Virus record (IMG/VR): IMGVR_UViG_3300042367_000228
Location: 186,001-250,000 of that record
Length of the DNA stretch: 64,000 nucleotides
Reading direction: 5' to 3' (one strand)
The notes under the pieces were generated by a model. That model was not told the origin of the DNA, did no database searches, and saw only the letters and a list, made by a program, of their open reading frames with translations. Positions 41,143 to 48,323 of the stretch are shown piece after piece. A program made the position numbers and the translations under genes. How positions within the stretch are numbered: the stretch's first letter is position 1; each line of letters begins with the position of its first letter.

Positions 41143-42555
41143 TTAGACCGCGTAGCGATCGTTCATAATTGTTTGTAACATAATTGCTTGTGGAGTAAAG
41201 TCATCCATATCAGCTGCAAGTACACTTGTCATAATACTTGGACTAAATCCACTTACTAATGCTGCACCTTTTGCATTATACTTAACTGGCACATTGTCAT
41301 GTGAGTTTAAGTTCCAAAATACAACTTGTGGTACTGTATACCCTGCATCTTCATACTTACGACGAATCATTTTTATTGCAGAATCATCATGTGTTACACA
41401 AGCATCAAATTGCATATCAGATAATATTAAAAGTATCTGTGGCATTTCTTCAACAGGTACATTACCATTAACTGCAACTTCTAAAATCTTAGAAAAAGCT
41501 GCATGTAAGTTAGTGCCCATTTGCCAATCACTTTTTGACATCTGCGCATACTTCTCAACTATATTACCTTTTAGTGTAACTAACTCTGGTTTAGAGCTAA
41601 ATGTTAAGAATGTGTCTTTAAACTTACCAGCATTTTTATCTGCTAAGTATATTCCTAAAGATAATGAAACATCCATACATGTAACAGTTTTGCTTTTACC
41701 TGCAGGACAGCCCATAGAACCTGATACATCAACTAATGGTAAAATACTTGCATCACCGACATAGTTAGGTAACGCGTCCCATTGTGCAATAATGTGTTGT
41801 TTTTCAAGTAGTGATGGTTGAGACCACCAACCACCTAACCCCTTAACAATTTCATATGGATAGATCGCACCTGCGTTAACTTTAACAGTTGGATCATCAC
41901 CTTTAACTAATTTAGCAATGTATTCAGCATACTTATCAGTGTGACGAGCAAATGCTTTTTTGTAGCGTGAAGAAGCTACAGATGGAACATGGCTAAAGTT
42001 AATAGCGTCCCATTGGTTAGCACACATTTGTGTTTCAACTACTTTAGTAAGTGAAACAAGTGTTTTGCGATAACGTTTTGGAGACCAACCTAAGTAGTTA
42101 CGTAATTGTACAGCAGTATCTCCTTTACGTGGAATCCATTTAGCAGCAAGTCCATTTTGCGCTTCTAATGCATCTTTAATTAATCCAAATGCATAGTCCT
42201 TTAAGTTTTGTGTTTTGAACACAAGTAAGTCATCGTAGCGACCGAGTTCAGGAACTTTAGCTGCAAGTTTTTTAGCAGCATCTGGATCTGAGTTTTCAAG
42301 ATGTAATAAAATATCTCTAAACAACTGACGTTCACCTGCACCGCCACGTACATCACGTACCCAAGCTGCAATACGTAATGCAAGATCTCTATCTTCTACA
42401 TAAGCAGCAACAAACTCTGGGGTGATGTTTTTCCCACGTGATGCACCTGCCTTAAAGAAGAGATCAACTAATGCACTTGAGGTTGATTTACGTGCTTTCA
42501 TACCGTTTTCAGTACGTGCTTCTTGATTTGCTATTGCTTCAATAAATGTTGACAT
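41143..42555 (-). CDS. TROVE/vWA-domain protein (Ro60/Rsr-like, DUF2828-type)
   Basis: N-terminal TENG..VDLFF..RDVRGGAGER..GRYDDL..AAKWIPR helical region; C-terminal vWA with MIDAS DVSGS, T (MGTN) and SDMQFD. Confidence 0.8.
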   Translation of the reverse strand: MSTFIEAIANQEARTENGMKARKSTSSALVDLFFKAGASRGKNITPEFVAAYVEDRDLALRIAAWVRDVRGGAGERQLFRDILLHLENSDPDAAKKLAAKVPELGRYDDLLVFKTQNLKDYAFGLIKDALEAQNGLAAKWIPRKGDTAVQLRNYLGWSPKRYRKTLVSLTKVVETQMCANQWDAINFSHVPSVASSRYKKAFARHTDKYAEYIAKLVKGDDPTVKVNAGAIYPYEIVKGLGGWWSQPSLLEKQHIIAQWDALPNYVGDASILPLVDVSGSMGCPAGKSKTVTCMDVSLSLGIYLADKNAGKFKDTFLTFSSKPELVTLKGNIVEKYAQMSKSDWQMGTNLHAAFSKILEVAVNGNVPVEEMPQILLILSDMQFDACVTHDDSAIKMIRRKYEDAGYTVPQVVFWNLNSHDNVPVKYNAKGAALVSGFSPSIMTSVLAADMDDFTPQAIMLQTIMNDRYAV

Positions 42556-42566
42556 ATTATTCTCCT

Positions 42567-42601
42567 CAGTTTATGTTGTGTTTTGTGCTGTTAATAAACT
42601 T
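42567..42601 (-). promoter_or_regulatory. Payload-less Y-like stem element in the 5' UTR of the TROVE gene
   Basis: AGTTTAT-TA-ACAGCAC..ATAAACTG directly followed by AGGAG RBS and ATG. Confidence 0.6.
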
Positions 42602-42617
42602 ATTGTTTATGCTGTGT

Positions 42618-42645
42618 ATTATACACTAAAAAAAGTATTTGTCAA
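42618..42645 (-). promoter_or_regulatory. sigma70-type promoter of TROVE gene
   Basis: TTGACA-16 nt-TATAAT. Confidence 0.8.
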
Positions 42646-42683
42646 CTATTTTTTAGAGAATAAAAAACCGCGTATTAAGCGGT

Positions 42684-42854
42684 TTATTCTTCTTCAAATT
42701 CAAATTCCCAACCTTCTGGCATGTTACTTCCTATCCAGTTAGCTTTTTCTAATGTAATCTCACCGGATGCTAATTTTTGTTGAGTTGTTGCAAAAATTTC
42801 TGCAAGATTATCTGGGTCAAGTGTAAAAAATACATCGTCGTCTTTATCGGACAT
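42684..42854 (-). CDS. Small acidic hypothetical protein (not in ORF track)
   Basis: GAGG RBS; MSDKDDDVFF...EFEEE; followed by terminator-like hairpin 42665-42685. Confidence 0.55.
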   Translation of the reverse strand: MSDKDDDVFFTLDPDNLAEIFATTQQKLASGEITLEKANWIGSNMPEGWEFEFEEE

Positions 42855-42889
42855 AATATACCTCTATAAATTGTTAGTGGAAGGAATAG

Positions 42890-43029
42890 CAGGATAGTTT
42901 GGGCGTTTAGTTGTTTATTTTACAGTCGAGCATTGCCCCTCGACTGATGCTTGCACAATGACTGCTAGTGCAAGCTAATTAGAAAGCTAGTTCTTAGACC
43001 AGCAAATTCTGTTTGCTGAACCTATCCTA
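42890..43029 (-). ncRNA. Y-like RNA with multi-hairpin payload
   Basis: TAGGATAG-GT-TCAGCAA..CTATCCTG; internal hairpins GCTTGCAC/GTGCAAGC and CAGTCGAG/CTCGACTG. Confidence 0.65.
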
Positions 43030-43036
43030 TTTTTAA

Positions 43037-43135
43037 CGGTATAGTAGTTCTTACTTTTTTTATACTAGGTAAAGAGTCCTAGGGTTGTCTGTGACACCAC
43101 AGACCAGCCATAGTTGTGTTGCAGTATCTATACCA
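43037..43135 (-). ncRNA. Y-like RNA with two-hairpin payload
   Basis: TGGTATAG-AT-ACTGCAA..CTATACCG; hairpins GTCTGTG/CACAGAC and CTAGG/CCTAG. Confidence 0.65.
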
Positions 43136-43140
43136 AACTG

Positions 43141-43749
43141 TTAACCAACTTTCATTACAAAGTTGATTATAAATCTATTTTTATTAAATCTTGGATTTGA
43201 TGAAGCATGAAATCTATCTGATTCAAAAATTACTGCTCTGTTTCGTTTAGGTGTGACACGTTGATTAAGTGTTAATTGGGTTGGTGGTTGTCCACTAACT
43301 GGATCCCAGAATTCATTAAACAAGAATGTATCGCCGTCTGAATCGTTTACATAGTAAATCATACTGTAATGAGATCCAGTTTTATCATCAGTATGTGGAA
43401 AATTATAATGATCAGCTGATGCATTTGATTGTTTTAATAATAAGTTAACTTTAACTCGATCAACAGAACAAATATCTTTTTCAACGTGTTCACCTGCAGT
43501 AAATACTACTGCTTTAAGTCTTTCAAAATAATCTTTAAACTTAGATTCTTCAGTATATGACGAATTTAATAATGTACAAACAAACTGTCCATAGTCTTCA
43601 CAATTGTCATCTATAACAAATGATACATCACCGTATTGATCAGCTGATGATGTTTTTTCTTTGTATTTGTACATTAATTCAGTTTCAAGTTCATACTGAA
43701 TTTGATTAGCATACATTATTGGTAAAAAATTATCAATTACTTTAATCAT
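43141..43749 (-). CDS. 2OG-Fe(II) oxygenase-like protein
   Basis: PHTD..YYVNDSDGDT..PKRNR...F....FHAS....RFIIN. Confidence 0.75.
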   Translation of the reverse strand: MIKVIDNFLPIMYANQIQYELETELMYKYKEKTSSADQYGDVSFVIDDNCEDYGQFVCTLLNSSYTEESKFKDYFERLKAVVFTAGEHVEKDICSVDRVKVNLLLKQSNASADHYNFPHTDDKTGSHYSMIYYVNDSDGDTFLFNEFWDPVSGQPPTQLTLNQRVTPKRNRAVIFESDRFHASSNPRFNKNRFIINFVMKVG

Positions 43750-44024
43750 TAACCGGTACGTTGAATTAAATGCCAACCAAACTGAGTTTGTACTGGTTTA
43801 CTAAAGTTACCAATGCCTAACGAAAATGCTGCTTCTTCAAATGGTTGAACCATTTGTCCTCGACCAAATGCGCCTAAGTTTCCACCACTTTGACCACTTG
43901 GACATTTACTATTGGTTAATGCTAACGCACCGAAATCTGCACCTTCGTTAACAATTTTATTGTATAAGTCATTTGCTTGTTCTTCAGTTTCTACTAAAAT
44001 GTGTTTTGCTTGAATTGATGTCAT
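43749..44024 (-). CDS. ppiC: Parvulin-type peptidyl-prolyl isomerase
   Basis: AKHILV, SKCPSG..GG.LG.F.RGQMV.PFE.AAF, PVQTQFGWHLI. Confidence 0.92.
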   Translation of the reverse strand: MTSIQAKHILVETEEQANDLYNKIVNEGADFGALALTNSKCPSGQSGGNLGAFGRGQMVQPFEEAAFSLGIGNFSKPVQTQFGWHLIQRTG

Positions 44025-44035
44025 ATTATTTCTCT

Positions 44036-44605
44036 TTAAAATTCGTAATATAAGTTAAAAGTATTAATACCGGTTTCTAATTGATTATTTTGAAAGTCAG
44101 TTTTCTCATTATATATAGGAGTTGATGCCATTTCTTGTAATGAGCTAACTTCATATGTCCACCACTTGCTAGTTTGACGATATGGAGTTCCGTAGGAGTC
44201 AAATGGAATCTCAATAGTTGATCCGCTGTTTTCGTATGCAAATCTTGGAATTACAAAATAATAAAACTTATCAAAAATTCTATCATAAACTTGTACACGT
44301 AATCCGCCAGTTTTATTTTTAAAAGAACTTATAGGAGCACTATAAGTAGTATTAAAGTTTCGACGTCTAACTGTAACCATTTTGCAATCAGAACCATCGG
44401 ATAAATCTGCAAAATCTTTTGATATTACAGTTTGTCCTCCAAGATTTGCTACTGCATATTCTAATGCAGTTGATACTTGAATTAACCCGTAACTTTGCAA
44501 AATACCAAAAGTTTTTTTGCACATTTCTTCCCACTGTGGAAGAAACTCTTTAATATTATCAAGATGTGCATTTTCTAACTCAAGATTTTCTAACTTATTT
44601 GCCAT
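44036..44605 (-). CDS. Hypothetical protein, possible PD-(D/E)XK nuclease
   Basis: E..V...DLSDGSDCK pattern. Confidence 0.55.
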   Translation of the reverse strand: MANKLENLELENAHLDNIKEFLPQWEEMCKKTFGILQSYGLIQVSTALEYAVANLGGQTVISKDFADLSDGSDCKMVTVRRRNFNTTYSAPISSFKNKTGGLRVQVYDRIFDKFYYFVIPRFAYENSGSTIEIPFDSYGTPYRQTSKWWTYEVSSLQEMASTPIYNEKTDFQNNQLETGINTFNLYYEF

Positions 44606-44630
44606 ATGTTGCCTATATGTAATAGTTAAT

Positions 44631-44662
44631 TGGAGCGGGAGACTAGTGTTATCTAGTATCCC
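44631..44662 (-). pseudogene. Remnant 3' end of a tRNA-Gly-like gene
   Basis: ...CTAGTCTCCCGCTCCA (Gly-type acceptor 3' strand, U73, CCA) with no 5' half. Confidence 0.5.
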
Positions 44663-44684
44663 TAAGTTATGTATAAATAATAGC

Positions 44685-45437
44685 ATGAATCTATTATTTT
44701 GTCAATGCTGTAATGCATCTTTTATTCCAAAAGCAGGATCTCTTGGAAAGTTTTGTTCTTTATCATGCTCGTCTCGGCATAATAACAAACTTAGTACTGA
44801 AAAGAAAATTTCTAAATACATGTTAAATCCTCTAGCATGCAACTGTTGTAATAAATCGTTAGCATATGAAAAACGTAAAAATAAATTTTGTTCTAATCGA
44901 TGCGCTGCTATAGTTTCTAATAAGGTTGAACGAAAACGTGGACCAACACCTAAAGAAAAACTACTATATTCAAAAGTAAAATTTTATTTATGTACACATA
45001 CTAACAAGTGGTATGTAAATCGAAATCCTAACGGTACTGTGCGTCGTTCATCGCCATATATTAAATCCGAAAAAGAAAAATATTACGCTGCATCAAGATT
45101 TAAATTTAACGTGTATCACTTTCCTAACGAGTTTAATTTGTCTTTAATCGAAACTCACGGGTGGTATACGTGCCCAGGTAAAAAACGATCAACCTTCCCT
45201 AAAAACTTATTAGGTGTAAGCAGAGATCACATTATATCAGTTAGCTACGGATTTGCAAATAATATCGATCCTGCTATTATATCGCATCCTGCTAATTGTA
45301 GAATTGTTCTACAATCAGATAATAAGAAAAAACATTCTACTTGTGATATAACTTTATCTGAACTATTACAAAAAATTATTATATGGGATCAAAAATACAG
45401 TGAGCGACGTACCGGGCTCGAACCGGTCTTGTTCTAA
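44685..45437 (+). CDS. Free-standing HNH-family endonuclease with N-terminal Zn fingers
   Basis: KFCSxxC repeats; SRDHIISV..HPANCRI...DN.KK; TATAAATA directly upstream; 3' end overlaps tRNA-Gly antisense. Confidence 0.7.
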   Translation: MNLLFCQCCNASFIPKAGSLGKFCSLSCSSRHNNKLSTEKKISKYMLNPLACNCCNKSLAYEKRKNKFCSNRCAAIVSNKVERKRGPTPKEKLLYSKVKFYLCTHTNKWYVNRNPNGTVRRSSPYIKSEKEKYYAASRFKFNVYHFPNEFNLSLIETHGWYTCPGKKRSTFPKNLLGVSRDHIISVSYGFANNIDPAIISHPANCRIVLQSDNKKKHSTCDITLSELLQKIIIWDQKYSERRTGLEPVLF

Positions 45438-45476
45438 CTTGGAAGGATAGTGCCATACCTACTAGGCGAACGTCGC
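45403..45476 (-). tRNA. tRNA-Gly(UCC), CCA not encoded
   Basis: Acceptor GCGACGT/ACGTCGC, loop CT-TCC-AA, T arm ACCGG-TTCGAGC-CCGGT; one mismatch in anticodon stem. Confidence 0.8.
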
Positions 45477-45501
45477 TCACTGTACTCTTTTTCTAAAATA
45501 A

Positions 45502-45557
45502 CTGGATGCATTTTAAATTTCATGGAAAGAAAGTTTAAAGTTGCAGTTAGCATCCAA
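45502..45557 (-). ncRNA. Y-like RNA carrying a Gly(UCC)-like anticodon stem-loop
   Basis: TTGGATGC-TA-ACTGCAA..GCATCCAG; TTTC-TTTCCAT-GAAA. Confidence 0.65.
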
Positions 45558-45581
45558 AACTGTTGTATGCAAATACTATAA

Positions 45582-45632
45582 CTGAATGCATTAAATTCAC
45601 CATTGAAAGTAATAATTGCTGTTAGCATTCAA
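45582..45632 (-). ncRNA. Y-like RNA carrying a Glu(UUC)-like anticodon stem-loop
   Basis: TTGAATGC-TA-ACAGCAA..GCATTCAG; TTATTA-CTTTCAA-TGGTGA (weak, GU-rich stem). Confidence 0.62.
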
Positions 45633-45657
45633 AAACTATAGTATTCGCGTACTATGT

Positions 45658-45734
45658 TGGTCGGGATAACACGATTCGAACATGCGACCTGACCGCCCCA
45701 AACGGCCCGCTCTACCAAACTGAGCTACATCCCG
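45658..45734 (-). tRNA. tRNA-Pro(UGG)
   Basis: Full cloverleaf CGGGATG..TT-TGG-GG..TATCCCG-A-CCA. Confidence 0.92.
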
Positions 45735-45770
45735 GTAATTTGTTTAAACTGTTGTTTAACTAATGCGTGT

Positions 45771-45798
45771 ATTATACATTGTTTTATGTATTTGTCAA
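45771..45798 (-). promoter_or_regulatory. sigma70-type promoter for tRNA-Pro / Y-like RNAs / tRNA-Gly
   Basis: TTGACA-16 nt-TATAAT. Confidence 0.75.
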
Positions 45799-45822
45799 CT
45801 ATTAATTAAACCTTTTTGTATT

Positions 45823-45907
45823 TGGAGCCAGGTAGGAGACTCGAACTCCTGATGGGTTTCCCCGACGGATTACAAATCCGTTGCAATGGCCACTATGCGA
45901 ACCTGGC
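45823..45907 (-). tRNA. tRNA-Thr(UGU) with long variable arm
   Basis: GCCAGGT/ACCTGGC-T-CCA; ACGGA-TTTGTAA-TCCGT; variable arm GGG-GAAA-CCC. Confidence 0.8.
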
Positions 45908-46011
45908 AAATATAACTATTACTAAAACACTTGATATTTAGTGCTTTAGTAATAGCTATCATTTAAAAATGACAACTACTACACTTTCGTTAATGGAGAA
46001 AGTTTTCTGTT

Positions 46012-46315
46012 GTTTAATGGTGTGCTTTTACGCTAAAGACCTGTCTGCGACATCCTAATTAACTCTCGGACATGTTAAGTTTAACTATTAGGAAAAACAT
46101 CCTTAACATTAGGGGGTACCTCCCTCATCCGTTTAATATAGCAATCACTTTAGACTCGTAACAGCCATTAAGGCATATTGCCGGACTCTATATTAACGCA
46201 GTTACATACACTTACAGGTTGCTTTCGCACTGCCGTAAGTTTAAGTATCACTTTAGCAAAGTTTGCGGGTCACTCTTTAAATGATGGCTGCTTATAAGCC
46301 TACATCCCAATAAAC
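46012..46315 (-). ncRNA. 23S rRNA L11-binding domain (H43/H44) mimic with ~238-nt insertion
   Basis: GGATGTAGGCTTATAAGCAGCCATCATTTAAAGAGT ... GCGTAAAAGCACAC closed by GTTTATTGG/CCATTAAAC. Confidence 0.75.
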
Positions 46316-46639
46316 TTATGTTAATGCAATCAATCTATCAATGTTTTGTTCCATTAATAGCTTGATTCTATCTTTATCAAAATTGTTATTTTGTAAACAG
46401 TTTTGATGTTGTAATCTAAACAAAGTTTCTTTTGCTTCGTCATATATTGATAATGCCCATATCTGCGTACCACAAAACCCACTTGCAGCTAACTTGATCA
46501 TTTGCCATCCGTCACCTTTGATAAACGAATGTTTTCGTTCAAGTTCAGGACCAACATATTTTCTTAGAAACTCATGTGTATCTGATATTCTATTTTCATA
46601 GTCTTCATTATACATTACATTTCCATATATTACTAACAT
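46316..46639 (-). CDS. Hypothetical protein
   Basis: 107-aa ORF with AAGG RBS. Confidence 0.6.
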   Translation of the reverse strand: MLVIYGNVMYNEDYENRISDTHEFLRKYVGPELERKHSFIKGDGWQMIKLAASGFCGTQIWALSIYDEAKETLFRLQHQNCLQNNNFDKDRIKLLMEQNIDRLIALT

Positions 46640-46693
46640 TAGAAACCTTTGTTTAAATTGTTAAATGGGGTAACTGCCTTTACGGTAGCATCC

Positions 46694-47344
46694 TTATTTG
46701 TTATATGTTATTTTTCTACCTTTATACCATCCTTCTGGAATATTAGTAGTTTTAGGAATGGATTTATTTTCAATTCCGTTTGTAATCCACATTTTACCAT
46801 ATTGAGAATTTTTATTTCCTTTTTGATGAATAGAACTTTTTTCACCAATAAGTTTCTTAGTATGTTCAGAATGTGTTTTACCATTAAATGTACCAGACCT
46901 ACCTTTTAATGAATCTGATATTTTTTTAGATATTAACGCAGCAAAAACTGGATCTTCTTTTTTGCGATTTTCAAGAGTAATTTTCCCTCGTGCAAAGTTA
47001 TCTTTTACATTAGAAGTATATCCATTATTTCCATACAAATTCTTTTTATTGTTGTTTATATAATCAAAGCCGCCACGACCGCCTATTTTAATATTATAAG
47101 TTCTAGTACTAGCAACAAATGATTCGTTTACTATTTCAGCTTCTTTATCATACATTTCTTTTGAATTATTAAAAACATGCAATATTTGTTTACTAAACTT
47201 TTCAATACCGTATTTTATTTTAGCTCGATTTAAAATCTTACCTGATCCCATATAATCATCATTTATGTCTAATGTTTTATGACAACCTATATAGATTTTA
47301 TTATTAATGATATTTGTAATTTTGTATATTATGTAATAAGTCAT
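46694..47344 (-). CDS. GIY-YIG homing endonuclease (Seg-like) with NUMOD3
   Basis: YIIYKITN.INNKIYIG.H..Y.GSG; TYN.K.GG.GG; GKTHSEHTK. Confidence 0.85.
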   Translation of the reverse strand: MTYYIIYKITNIINNKIYIGCHKTLDINDDYMGSGKILNRAKIKYGIEKFSKQILHVFNNSKEMYDKEAEIVNESFVASTRTYNIKIGGRGGFDYINNNKKNLYGNNGYTSNVKDNFARGKITLENRKKEDPVFAALISKKISDSLKGRSGTFNGKTHSEHTKKLIGEKSSIHQKGNKNSQYGKMWITNGIENKSIPKTTNIPEGWYKGRKITYNK

Positions 47345-47457
47345 GCATTTAGTGTTAGTAAGGTGTTAACACCTTACTAATCCAATTATTCTTTTAGGAT
47401 AATGATTTAACGTGCGGAACTTTTATAAAGCATCCTAAACCACACAAACATACTAAT

Positions 47458-47532
47458 TGGCGTCGCTACGGGGAATTGAACCCCGGTTGCAAGGATGAAA
47501 ACCTTGTGTCCTAACCACTAGACGATAGCGAC
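47458..47532 (-). tRNA. tRNA-Glu(UUC)
   Basis: GTCGCTA/TAGCGAC-G-CCA; CAAGG-TTTTCAT-CCTTG. Confidence 0.92.
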
Positions 47533-47538
47533 ATATAT

Positions 47539-47622
47539 TGGTGGAGATCCCTGGATTCGAACCAGGTGCCCAGAGGGCATGGATTTACAGTCCACTGCAG
47601 TCGCCAATGCCGCTCGACCTCC
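47539..47622 (-). tRNA. tRNA-Tyr(GUA)
   Basis: GGAGGTC/GATCTCC-A-CCA; GTGGA-CTGTAAA-TCCAT; long variable arm. Confidence 0.9.
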
Positions 47623-47634
47623 GACGTTCTTTAT

Positions 47635-47868
47635 TTATACAAGTTCTGCATGATTAGTTGTAGTTGTGACTAAATCTAACACACCTATTTTTTTAGCACG
47701 ATTTTCTAAAAGTACAATTCTGTTACGAATTTTATTTTTATCACGTCCACGACCTGCTTTTTCAAGTGCTGTCTTAGCTTGAGCTAAGTTTAGCAATTTA
47801 AGTCTAGGTCTGCCATTACGTGTTACTTTTGGATCTGCAGTTCTATTTGCTTTACTGATGTTCGCCAT
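47635..47868 (-). CDS. Small basic hypothetical protein
   Basis: AAGGA RBS; Arg/Lys rich. Confidence 0.6.
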   Translation of the reverse strand: MANISKANRTADPKVTRNGRPRLKLLNLAQAKTALEKAGRGRDKNKIRNRIVLLENRAKKIGVLDLVTTTTNHAELV

Positions 47869-48034
47869 CTTGTGTTCCTTTATCTAAATTTTCGTTATTA
47901 GCATGACTGCCGTGTGAGTTTGAAATGATTTCTGTTTTGGGTTCTTCTTTCTTACCAAAAATCTTATCCCAGTTATCATCAAACTGAGATTTGCTAACGC
48001 TTAATGGTCTTGCTCTACTGCCTTTACCTGCCAT
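47852..48034 (-). CDS. Small conserved phage hypothetical protein
   Basis: MAGKGSRARP..FDDNWDKIF; AGGAG RBS. Confidence 0.65.
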   Translation of the reverse strand: MAGKGSRARPLSVSKSQFDDNWDKIFGKKEEPKTEIISNSHGSHANNENLDKGTQDGEHQ

Positions 48035-48050
48035 AATAATCTCCTTTTGT

Positions 48051-48154
48051 TATATTAGAACACACTACAATAACGGAGTCGAACCGTATACTAAATTGCG
48101 ATTTAGTAGTGAACCGCACTACGTTGATCAGACGCTGTAGTATGCTTTAATATA
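48051..48154 (-). ncRNA. tRNA-like RNA on a long closing stem
   Basis: Three hairpins including T-arm ACGG-TTCGACT-CCGT inside a ~20-bp terminal helix; no CCA. Confidence 0.5.
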
Positions 48155-48164
48155 ACAACTTTAA

Positions 48165-48250
48165 CAGAATAGCTTGCTCACCATTGAGCATTATCGCTAA
48201 GATAGCAATAATGGAATCGAACCATTAAATAATTTGCTGTGACTATTCTA
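48165..48250 (-). ncRNA. YrlA-like RNA (permuted tRNA domain)
   Basis: TAGAATAG-TC-ACAGCAA; T arm ATGG-TTCGATT-CCAT; closed acceptor TATTGCTA/TAGCGATA; D arm GCTC-AATGGT-GAGC; CTATTCTG. Confidence 0.8.
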
Positions 48251-48257
48251 AAATTAA

Positions 48258-48317
48258 CAGGATAGAATTTACTTTTAGATTAAGAGTCCAATGTAAATTG
48301 TTGCTGTTACTATCCTA
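48258..48317 (-). ncRNA. Y-like RNA carrying a Lys(CUU) anticodon stem-loop
   Basis: TAGGATAG-TA-ACAGCAA; AATTTAC/GTAAATT; TTGGA-CTCTTAA-TCTAA; CTATCCTG. Confidence 0.72.
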
Positions 48318-48323
48318 AAACTG

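Noticed and set aside
45434-45628. 64-aa - strand ORF
   Set aside because: Overlaps two Y-like RNAs and tRNA-Gly; no RBS.
46034-46271. Group I intron within the rRNA mimic
   Set aside because: I could not identify a convincing P7/R-S core or U|...G splice junctions that restore the rRNA sequence; not excluded without a covariance search.
46012-46315. True rRNA gene or host contamination
   Set aside because: Similarity is limited to H43/H44, is split by an insertion and is flanked by phage genes.
47392-47440. Possible 13th Y-like element (TTTAGGAT/ATCCTAAA stem)
   Set aside because: Lacks the CWGCA motif and the terminal G.
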